From: an uncultured Candidatus Saccharibacteria bacterium
GTDB taxonomy: Bacteria > Patescibacteriota > Minisyncoccia > Phycocordibacterales > UBA918
Direction of reading: 5' to 3'
Assembly: GCA_964601615.1 (NCBI GenBank)
Contig: CAZRNZ010000001.1
Coordinates: forward strand, 7,658-71,657
DNA: 64,000 bases
Made by a program: the position numbers and the translations under genes. A model generated the notes under the pieces. That model ran no database searches. It saw only the letters and a list, made by a program, of their open reading frames with translations, and was not told the origin of the DNA. Shown piece after piece: positions 29,234 to 37,528 of the stretch (position 1 is the first letter of the stretch; the number at the start of each line of letters is the position of its first letter).

Positions 29234-31809
29234 ACACTACTTGTTCCTTTCTGATGCGCACCATGAACTATTAGCCATTTTGCCATTTCAACCATTGCCA
29301 CGTTACCTATTACCCAAACAATCAGCCAAACAAACCATTCTAGAGGCAAGGCGGTTGTGCCAAAGAGGTTTTGGAAGAAAGGATGATATATCGTCATCAT
29401 CAGCATTGCAAGACCAAAAACAATTCCAATATTTAATACTTTGTTTTCAAAGATTGGATAAGAAAATAGTGGCTTATTTAGGTTGCGGAAAGAGTAAGCA
29501 ACAAACAAGATGTATGAAGCAAAACAGGCAAATACGAAAGTTCTCTCTACTGCTGATTCTCCACCAATTGTGACGAGTAAGTAATAAAGAACTAGAAGTG
29601 CAATTGAGCTCATGGTACCAATACCAAAACTCAGGGTTATCACTTCTTTACTTAAAATAGCTTGGTCCCGAGCACTACGCTTAGGGTTTTCTCTATCAAA
29701 GGCGTAGGCAATTGCTGGAATGCTGCCAGTAAAAAAGTTTACCCAAATAACCTGTAGTGGTGAAAGTGGCAAGGTTAGACCAATTATTAAAGAGCCTCCA
29801 AGTAATACGATTTCATCAAGTGAGTTCGACATTAGATAAACAAAAGTTTTTCTAATATTAGATAGGATTAATTTTCCTTCATCTATTGCGCCTTTGATTG
29901 TAAAGAAATTGTCGTCGAGCAAAACCAGGTCAGCAACTCCTTTAGCAACATCTGTACCGCTACCAACAGCAACACCAATTGATGCGCGTTTTAGTGATGG
30001 GGCGTCATTTACACCGTCACCCAACATTGCCACAACTTCGCCATTAGACTGCAGCATTTCTACTACGCGATATTTATCTTCTGGTGTCATACGAGCCAAA
30101 ATTCTGATGCGAGAAAGCGAATCAAGTAACTCTGAGTCAGTCATTGTTCGAAGGTCGTCACCAGTTAGCACCTTAGATAACTCTCCTTCCCAACCAAGGT
30201 TTGCAGCAATTGCTGCAGCGGTTCCTGGTAAATCGCCAGTTGCCATAATTACTCGAACTCCTGAATTTTCTATTTCAGAAATAGCCTCTTTCATATTCTC
30301 TCTTAGTGGATCGTAGAAAGAAAAGATTCCTAAAAGACTCAAATTAAAATCTGATTCTGTACTACCTTCTGATAATTCTCCAACTCCAAGTAATCTCTTG
30401 CCAGACTGACTTTGTTCTTCTAATAACGCAGATAACTTTTGTTTATTAATTTCAGATAAATTTGAATTCTTCAAAAGAATATCTGGCGCTCCAAGCACAA
30501 CTCTTTTTTCACCAGATTTATGGACTGAGTATTTGTGAGCAGAGCTAAATAATTTAATTGGTTCTGATTCGGAATAAATATCATGTACAGGCACACCTCT
30601 TTTGGCAGCAGCGCGAGCAATCGCCACATCTAAGTGTCTACCAGATATATTCCATTTGTCGGGAGATTCTTCTGGGTTATCAATAATTACATTGATGTTT
30701 GCAGATGCTAATGAGAGAAGATTTTTGATTGAATCTTCTTCAGTTTTTTCATTAGATAAAATTGAACTAGTTTGAAAAACTTCCACTAATTCCATATTTC
30801 CTGTGGTAAGTGTGCCAGTTTTGTCTGTGATAATTATCGTTGCACTACCAAGGGTCTCCGCTGCTAAAAGTGATTTAACAATTCCTTTTTGTTTAGCAAT
30901 TCTCTCTACTCCAACAGCTAAAATCGCAGTCAGTCCAGGTGGTAGTGCTTCAGGAATTGAGCCAACCGCAATAGCTACTCCAATTAAGAAAATTTCTAAA
31001 TGGTCCATGCCTCTGGCAATACCAATTGCATAAACTCCAACTGACAAAAGTATAATTGCAGCGGCAATTATGTAACCCATACGAGTAACTGCCTTTTGTA
31101 GTGGGGTGCGAGCATTTTCTTGAGTAAGGACCGCCTCAGCAATTTTGCCAAATTCAGTATATGAAGCTGTGGCTGTAATGATTGCCTTACCCTGCCCTTC
31201 AGAAACATAAGTGCCACCAAAGATAAGATTGGTACGGTCTTGAATTGGTGTTACCTCGGCAGTTGATTCTGTAGTTTTAGAGACTGGTAGAGATTCTCCA
31301 GTTAAAACGGATTCATCTACTGATAAGTCATGTACTTCAAACAATCTTCCGTCAGCGGGAATTCTTTCGCCAGAGCGAAGAATTATGATGTCACCCGGAA
31401 CAATATTGCGAGCATCAATTTCCTCTTCTTTTCCATCTCGGATTACTCGTACACGTGCTTCGATATATGACTTAAGTGCTTCAGTAGCTTTCTCTGCTTT
31501 GTATTCCTGAGAAAAACCTAATCCAACTGCTACACCAACTGCTAGAAAAATAAATAGCGCATCCACCCACTCATGAAAAATAATTGTTACAACTGCTGCT
31601 ATTAATAAGATGATTATTAGTGGACTAGCAAGTTGTTGGAAAAGTAACCAGATTGGTGAGCGTGAACGACCTTGCTCAAAGGTATTTATTCCGTAGGATT
31701 TTAATCTTTCTTCAGCTTCTTGCTCAGAAAGACCAGTTTCTTTATTACTATTAAGTTCCTTCGTTACTAGGTCGATATTTTTCGCCCAGACATTTTCAAT
31801 TGGTGGCAT
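29230..31809 (-). CDS. Cation-transporting P-type ATPase (Ca2+/Mg2+-type, P2).
   Basis: DKTGTLT phosphorylation motif, TGES-like motif, GDGVNDAP hinge, and ten TM segments. Confidence 0.85.
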   Translation of the reverse strand: MPPIENVWAKNIDLVTKELNSNKETGLSEQEAEERLKSYGINTFEQGRSRSPIWLLFQQLASPLIIILLIAAVVTIIFHEWVDALFIFLAVGVAVGLGFSQEYKAEKATEALKSYIEARVRVIRDGKEEEIDARNIVPGDIIILRSGERIPADGRLFEVHDLSVDESVLTGESLPVSKTTESTAEVTPIQDRTNLIFGGTYVSEGQGKAIITATASYTEFGKIAEAVLTQENARTPLQKAVTRMGYIIAAAIILLSVGVYAIGIARGMDHLEIFLIGVAIAVGSIPEALPPGLTAILAVGVERIAKQKGIVKSLLAAETLGSATIIITDKTGTLTTGNMELVEVFQTSSILSNEKTEEDSIKNLLSLASANINVIIDNPEESPDKWNISGRHLDVAIARAAAKRGVPVHDIYSESEPIKLFSSAHKYSVHKSGEKRVVLGAPDILLKNSNLSEINKQKLSALLEEQSQSGKRLLGVGELSEGSTESDFNLSLLGIFSFYDPLRENMKEAISEIENSGVRVIMATGDLPGTAAAIAANLGWEGELSKVLTGDDLRTMTDSELLDSLSRIRILARMTPEDKYRVVEMLQSNGEVVAMLGDGVNDAPSLKRASIGVAVGSGTDVAKGVADLVLLDDNFFTIKGAIDEGKLILSNIRKTFVYLMSNSLDEIVLLGGSLIIGLTLPLSPLQVIWVNFFTGSIPAIAYAFDRENPKRSARDQAILSKEVITLSFGIGTMSSIALLVLYYLLVTIGGESAVERTFVFACFASYILFVAYSFRNLNKPLFSYPIFENKVLNIGIVFGLAMLMMTIYHPFFQNLFGTTALPLEWFVWLIVWVIGNVAMVEMAKWLIVHGAHQKGTSSV

Positions 31810-31872
31810 ATGTAATCCTATTGTAACTTGCTCTAGAGACTAAAAAACTCATTTTTTCAACATTTTGATTAT

Positions 31873-32592
31873 GTGTTGATTTTGATCATTTCTCGTGAGA
31901 TAGTTGGTATCGGCATTAAACTAGAGGAGTTTAAAATGTCTGTCGGTATTACTAAAAGTGAACTTGTCGGGCAGTCTGTTCTTTCTTCTCTTGAATCTCG
32001 TGTGCGGCTAACTGGATTACCAGTCTTGCCTGCAGAAAAGGTTTCAACTCACAAGAAGTTGATTACCTCATTGGCTCGTACTGGTGTATGGAAATGGCTT
32101 TATCCAGTTCCTGTGGCAATCGTATGGCTTTTGACAGAATTGTTTCTAAATACTCGTGTTCATATTCAACGCCTTATGTCAGCAGGATTTGCTTTTGGTG
32201 TTTTGGTTAATATCAATCTAGCACCAGACTTTGCAGCAGTTCTCCTAAGTGCCGTTACTTACATGATCCTGTTTCCACTTGCTCTATGTGTGTTTGGAAT
32301 AATTCTTGCATTCTTGGCAGATAATCGCTTTGTTCAAAAATTTAATTGGGCTGGAGAGTATTGGTCCAAGCGCTACTATGGAGTCGGTGAACTCAATAAA
32401 CTTATACAAGAGAATACGGTTCCTACCAATATTTATCACCGACTGGATGCGGTCTTCAAAGAATTTGCTGGCACAGATGCCAAAATATTCGTCGAAGGTT
32501 ATGGGGATGATCCTTTTGTCGGAATAAAATATCAAGGTGAAACTGTTTATTTTGGTGCTTGGAATACAACTGAAGAGTTGGATAATTACTGA
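31873..32592 (+). CDS. Hypothetical membrane protein.
   Basis: Several TM segments. No motifs recognised. Confidence 0.45.
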   Translation: MLILIISREIVGIGIKLEEFKMSVGITKSELVGQSVLSSLESRVRLTGLPVLPAEKVSTHKKLITSLARTGVWKWLYPVPVAIVWLLTELFLNTRVHIQRLMSAGFAFGVLVNINLAPDFAAVLLSAVTYMILFPLALCVFGIILAFLADNRFVQKFNWAGEYWSKRYYGVGELNKLIQENTVPTNIYHRLDAVFKEFAGTDAKIFVEGYGDDPFVGIKYQGETVYFGAWNTTEELDNY

Positions 32593-32598
32593 AGAATT

Positions 32599-32646
32599 AA
32601 AATGGCCGGAAAGGAGCTTCGCTCCTTTCCGGCCATATTTTTTATT
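32599..32646. terminator. Bidirectional terminator.
   Basis: aatggccggaaaggagc-ttcg-ctcctttccggccat followed by atttttt. Confidence 0.65.
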
Positions 32647-34324
32647 TACTCAGATAATAATAAATTCTGCCAAGTCTGATTATTTCGTAATCGTATCTTT
32701 CACCAAGGTGTTCAAAAATTGGTTTTAACTTTTCGTCCCCTACTTCACCAATTGCTTCTTTAATTTCCAACCAAACATCACTCCAGTCTTTTGGTAACAA
32801 ATGATTAATATCATTAAGTTCAATTCTTTTTTCAGTAACCAATTCTTCCAAGTGACTCCAAATAGTCGAGCCAGACATCTTCCTTTCTTTAGCTATTTGG
32901 GCAATATTATTTTTCTCTTGCAAAAGTCTCTTGGTTATTTCGTAAGTACTTTCCTTCTGAATTCTTTCGTGAGGTTCACCAACTTTCACATCCGCAGGAT
33001 TTGGAATCTTCCCTCCTAAAGTCGTCACAAAAGCTTTGTGCATTTTCTCTATCTCAGATTCTTCCATATCAGTGAAAGCACTTTCTGCTTGTTCGCTACT
33101 GTCACGAAAAGCCTCGTCCTGTCTGGCAACTCTCGGATCAACACTAAGAGCATTAGGATTCATTCCTGAAAGTTTTAGTCCCTGTAGGGTTCGTACACGC
33201 GATAGTGCAACGTATCCCTGTCCATAAGCAAAAGCGCGAGAAAGATCTATCTCTGCTGCATCAAGCGACATTCCCTGACTCTTGTGAATTGTAATTGCCC
33301 AAGCTAGACGTAGTGGCACTTGATCAATAGAAGCCTTTATCTTTCCATCTTCTACTACTTCCCAACTCGTCGGCTCCATCTTGATAGTTCTGCCGTCGGC
33401 TAGTTTGATAATTGGCCAGCCTTCACGAGCATCAAAATCTATTACTCGCCCTAGTGTGCCGTTTACATAACCCTTCTCAAAGTTATTTTTAGTACACATC
33501 ACCATCGCTTCTTCTTTAAGGTCGAGCACTTCTGGTGAAAGACAAGTTCTTACTAACCCTTCAATTAATGGTTTGCCACCCATGCCGTGCATTTTAAAAC
33601 TTCTGACAGTACCTTTTAGACTGGCGAGCTTTTGATTATTAAAAGCATCCACATCAGCGTTGTGAGTATATAGTTTGGTTGGTTCAATATTTTCAAAACC
33701 AATATCAGTTTGTTCCTTGAGAAGATTGTAGTGATCTTCTTCAACCTGCATTTTACGCACTGACTGCAAAAGTCCCAGAAATAGTTCGTCTTCTTGACGG
33801 TGTTGTTCTGTCAGATAGCAAACTAAAGGTTTTGCTTCTTTCCAGGCAAGAGAATCAAAAGCATAATGCACAACCTCACCCATCCTAGTGATTGGTGGTA
33901 ACTGAAAAAAGTCACCTACAAAAACTACTTGCAAACCACCAAATGGTTGCTCGCTTTGCTTTACAGCTTTGGCAACTTTATTTACCATGTCGAGCAAGTT
34001 GCCACTCATCATCGAGATTTCATCGATAATAAGTACGTGAGCTTTTTTAATTCTGCGAGCAGTTTTTTCACTTGAAGAAATCTTGTCTAAGTCTTGCGCA
34101 GTCAATGTATCTCGTACACCAATTCCACTCCAAGAGTGAATCGTCATTCCACCAATATGCGTTGCTGCAATTCCAGTAGAAGCAGTAACAGCCACTGATA
34201 AACCAGCTGCTTCAAGCCAAGCTATGTATTGATTGATAACATGGGTTTTTCCAGCTCCAGGTTCTCCAGTTAGAAAAACATTTCCACCAGTTTTTAGAAT
34301 ATCGAGTGCTTGATTTTGAATCAT
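32642..34324 (-). CDS. RecD/PIF1-like ATP-dependent DNA helicase with a C-terminal HTH-like domain.
   Basis: Walker A 'LTGEPGAGKTHV', Walker B 'VLIIDEISM', and a UvrD_C-like region 'TIHKSQGMS'. C-terminal HTH-like 'NIAQIAKERKMSGSTIWSHLEEL'. Confidence 0.7.
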   Translation of the reverse strand: MIQNQALDILKTGGNVFLTGEPGAGKTHVINQYIAWLEAAGLSVAVTASTGIAATHIGGMTIHSWSGIGVRDTLTAQDLDKISSSEKTARRIKKAHVLIIDEISMMSGNLLDMVNKVAKAVKQSEQPFGGLQVVFVGDFFQLPPITRMGEVVHYAFDSLAWKEAKPLVCYLTEQHRQEDELFLGLLQSVRKMQVEEDHYNLLKEQTDIGFENIEPTKLYTHNADVDAFNNQKLASLKGTVRSFKMHGMGGKPLIEGLVRTCLSPEVLDLKEEAMVMCTKNNFEKGYVNGTLGRVIDFDAREGWPIIKLADGRTIKMEPTSWEVVEDGKIKASIDQVPLRLAWAITIHKSQGMSLDAAEIDLSRAFAYGQGYVALSRVRTLQGLKLSGMNPNALSVDPRVARQDEAFRDSSEQAESAFTDMEESEIEKMHKAFVTTLGGKIPNPADVKVGEPHERIQKESTYEITKRLLQEKNNIAQIAKERKMSGSTIWSHLEELVTEKRIELNDINHLLPKDWSDVWLEIKEAIGEVGDEKLKPIFEHLGERYDYEIIRLGRIYYYLSK

Positions 34325-34426
34325 TGGCTATAAGTTTACCACAAGGGCAAAATATTGATTTTTACTTAAAAATGTGCTATAATTAAAGAGGTGATAGTAC
34401 CTTAATAAATATGAAGGAGATAACCC

Positions 34427-35329
34427 GTGAGCGGGATTACTCAAAAAAATACTGCTGCGACCGCCGGTCAAATCAGGATGCTTGGACAAGTGGCCACTGC
34501 CGCTGTTCTCAAATCACTTGAAGAGACTAGCCTCAACAATATTGATGCCCAGCGCATTATTGAACATGGCGATAAATTCTCGATTGGTATTCGTGAGTCT
34601 GTCACTCGCCTGCTTCAGGGGTTGTCGGCTTCCGACACTTTCCAGAATGAGGAGGTACTTTCGGACGAAGGATACTATTCTGGCTATGAGCCTAAGAGTA
34701 TTGCCGAACAAATGAAGATTCTGCGCGGTCTTTTCCCAAAAATTGGTAACGCCGACGAAAGTCTCGCTGAAGGTAAGCTTCCTTTGGGTGCAGAAGGATG
34801 GTTTGCGATTCCGCGGTGGCAAGATTTTGCTGCCACGTATGCTGAAGCAGTCGAAATTGCGCTTGCAAAGATTGAAGAGGTGTATGGTGACAATTTCTAT
34901 AACTGTCACAAAGGTCGGCTTGGTCTCTACAGTCTTCGTCAGTCTGTAGAAACAGCCGATATGTTAGAAAGGATCGGACAAGAGCAAGAATTTTATGATG
35001 TTCTCGTAATTCCTGCCCAGTTTGGTCTCAGACATCGTGGTCGTTCTATTCGTCGCTCTGTTGAGGTTTTTGCTGATGATGAGTTTGGACTTGGTGTCTT
35101 TGCTATATGCATCATGATTCTGACTCATCCAGAACGGATTATGCACCACAGTGACTTGTGGATCGACTGCTTTGGTGACGAATATGATGATCCGAATTCT
35201 GGTGTTCGCATTGACTATTCCATATTCTTCGGTTTCATTAGAGACAGAGTCGAGTGTGATATGGGTTGGTCCGGCTATGTCGACCGTGGATGCGGGTTAG
35301 CTTCTGGGTTCTTTGTTTCTGTTGAATAA
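34427..35329 (+). CDS. Hypothetical protein (300 aa).
   Basis: ORF with its own terminator. No motif recognised. Confidence 0.45.
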   Translation: MSGITQKNTAATAGQIRMLGQVATAAVLKSLEETSLNNIDAQRIIEHGDKFSIGIRESVTRLLQGLSASDTFQNEEVLSDEGYYSGYEPKSIAEQMKILRGLFPKIGNADESLAEGKLPLGAEGWFAIPRWQDFAATYAEAVEIALAKIEEVYGDNFYNCHKGRLGLYSLRQSVETADMLERIGQEQEFYDVLVIPAQFGLRHRGRSIRRSVEVFADDEFGLGVFAICIMILTHPERIMHHSDLWIDCFGDEYDDPNSGVRIDYSIFFGFIRDRVECDMGWSGYVDRGCGLASGFFVSVE

Positions 35330-35352
35330 GATTTAAAACTATAAGACCATCC

Positions 35353-35385
35353 TTCTGGATGGTCTTTTCTTTTTGTGTAGATAAG
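35353..35385 (+). terminator. Rho-independent terminator.
   Basis: aagaccatcc-ttct-ggatggtctt followed by ttctttttg. Confidence 0.6.
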
Positions 35386-35426
35386 TATCACTTAGCACTT
35401 AGTAGTTGATATATAATTGATTAATA

Positions 35427-37172
35427 ATGAGTTCTAAAATACTTTCCAAAGGAAAAGATGAGGAGATTTTTAGAGAGCCACTTGGTCATATATTGGTCGA
35501 AAAACTACTTCGTGAGGCAGGTTTTGAAGGAGATGTTTTAAGTAGTGCTGATGTTCTCGATAAATATTCCAGAGACGAAAGTATTTTTTCTATCAAACCA
35601 CAAATTGTTCTCCAACCTGTAAACGTCAAAGATGTCTGTGTTGCTGTTTCTGTTTTGGGAAAAGAAAAAGAAAAGTTCCCTTCCCTTTCCTTAACTCCAC
35701 GTGCCGCTGGTACAGGACTTGGTGGTGGTTCACTCACTGATTCAATTGTGCTTGATGTAAATACACACATGAATCGTATTTTGCGTGTTGGCCGTCAGGC
35801 TGGCAAAGTTACCTTTACTTGTGAATCTGGTACTTGGTGGCGCGATGTCGAAAAGGAATTAAAAACCTACGATAGTTATTTGCCGCCCTTCCCTGCTTCT
35901 AAACAGATTTGTTCTATTGGTGGTTCTGTTGCTAACAATGCAGCTGGTCCAGATTCTCTTCGCTTTGGTCATGTAGCAGATTGGGTGGAGTCGCTAGAGG
36001 TTGTTTTGCATGACGGAAAAGCTTATGAGGTACGTCCGATAAGCTACAAAGAATATAAAAATATCATCACTAAAAAAGACGCTTTAGCTAAAATAACTAA
36101 AGAAGTTTTTGAACTAATCAAAAAGAATGAATCTTTAATTAAGAAGTCTCGACCTAAGACAGCCAAGAATACTGCGGGTTATTCTTTGTGGGACGCATTA
36201 GATGTTTCAGTTGATGATTTCATGGCTGGCAAAGGCAAGTTTGATTTGACCAGAATTTTTTCTGGCAGTCAGGGCACGATTGGTATTATTACAAAAGTCA
36301 CTATGCGAGCTGAACCAATTGCTCACGATGTAGAACTCGTAGCGGTGCCAGTATTTGACCTAGCTTCAGCAGGCAGAGTTGTATTGGAATCAGTAAAATT
36401 TGATCCAATCAACGTAGAGGTTTTTGATGCCCTTACATACAAAGCAGCAATGGCTAATCCTGGTTTTTTCCGAGCTAGAATAACTGGTCTGCCATATTTA
36501 GGAATGCTTTGGTCCATGTACACAACCTACTTTTTCCGCTGGAAAAGAAAGTTGCCAGAATTTGTTCTCTTGGTGACCTTAGATAAAAAAAGTCTGAAAA
36601 AATCTGGTAAAGAAACTAAAGACTTACTTATCGAACTTAGAAAAGTTGGTGGTGAGACAGCCATGTTGGTAGAGAATAAAAATGACAAGCAGATGTTTTG
36701 GCAGGTACGCGATGCCAGTTTTTTGCTTTCCAAATTACTTGACCCCAAGAAACGACCTGCAGCTTTTCTGGAAGACATGACTGTTCCGTCAGAACATATT
36801 GCTAAGTTTTTTTCTGATATTAAATATCTTTTGAATAAATATAATGTGCAGGCGGCAGTGCATGGACATGGTGGCAATGCTCATTTCCACTTCTATCCCC
36901 TACTTGATTTCACCAACAAGCAAACTCCAGATTTGATAATGAAAATGTCTGATGAGTTTTTCCATACCGCAGTAAAGTACGGTGGCAGTATTTGTGGTGA
37001 ACACAATGACGGAATTATTCGCACTCCGTATTTAGATTTAATGTTTTCTAAAAAGACCTTAGATTTATTTGAAAAACTAGAAAGTATTTTTGATCCTAAA
37101 GACATCTTCAATCCTGGTAAAAAGGTAAATCCAAGATTTGATATAAAGACTTCAATTAGAAAGATTAATTAA
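35427..37172 (+). CDS. FAD-linked oxidase (FAD_binding_4 family, GlcD/D-lactate dehydrogenase-like).
   Basis: FAD-binding 'PRAAGTGLGGGS' motif and a C-terminal FAD-oxidase_C-like region. Confidence 0.7.
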   Translation: MSSKILSKGKDEEIFREPLGHILVEKLLREAGFEGDVLSSADVLDKYSRDESIFSIKPQIVLQPVNVKDVCVAVSVLGKEKEKFPSLSLTPRAAGTGLGGGSLTDSIVLDVNTHMNRILRVGRQAGKVTFTCESGTWWRDVEKELKTYDSYLPPFPASKQICSIGGSVANNAAGPDSLRFGHVADWVESLEVVLHDGKAYEVRPISYKEYKNIITKKDALAKITKEVFELIKKNESLIKKSRPKTAKNTAGYSLWDALDVSVDDFMAGKGKFDLTRIFSGSQGTIGIITKVTMRAEPIAHDVELVAVPVFDLASAGRVVLESVKFDPINVEVFDALTYKAAMANPGFFRARITGLPYLGMLWSMYTTYFFRWKRKLPEFVLLVTLDKKSLKKSGKETKDLLIELRKVGGETAMLVENKNDKQMFWQVRDASFLLSKLLDPKKRPAAFLEDMTVPSEHIAKFFSDIKYLLNKYNVQAAVHGHGGNAHFHFYPLLDFTNKQTPDLIMKMSDEFFHTAVKYGGSICGEHNDGIIRTPYLDLMFSKKTLDLFEKLESIFDPKDIFNPGKKVNPRFDIKTSIRKIN

Positions 37173-37180
37173 AGTAAATA

Positions 37181-37214
37181 ATAAGCTGATTAAATCTAAT
37201 CAGCTTATTTATAA
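37181..37214. terminator. Hairpin terminator at the left flank of the island.
   Basis: ataagctgatta-aatc-taatcagcttat followed by ttat. Confidence 0.55.
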
Positions 37215-37528
37215 CCTCTAGTTTACGTTACATCCTAGGTAAATCATCTGACTATCTAAGTCATAGGTAATCCTGAAGCATTGATATTCTGCCACACTCC
37301 CATTCCATTCCAAGAATTTATCTGATTCTAGCCTACTGGCTATTATTTTTCTTTAATGTTAGAAGTCCTTGTAGATGATTAATGCTAGGATGAAGAACTC
37401 TGCATGTTCTGCCATTACTTATGTAAGTAATTTAACTTTTCGGTTCACTTTAGAAAAGGCGTCTACTTTACCGCTGCTGATATTATCTCCAAGAGCTTCT
37501 GTGTGTGATCTGGGTGACTTCGGTTGAG

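Noticed and set aside
28818-30316. Long antisense ORFs (251 aa and 140 aa) overlapping truB and the P-type ATPase gene. Similar antisense ORFs occur at 54135-54575, 19864-20199 and 49902-50177.
   Set aside because: They are opposite well-supported conserved genes with strong motif evidence. They are low-complexity Ser/Pro/Leu-rich translations typical of spurious antisense frames.
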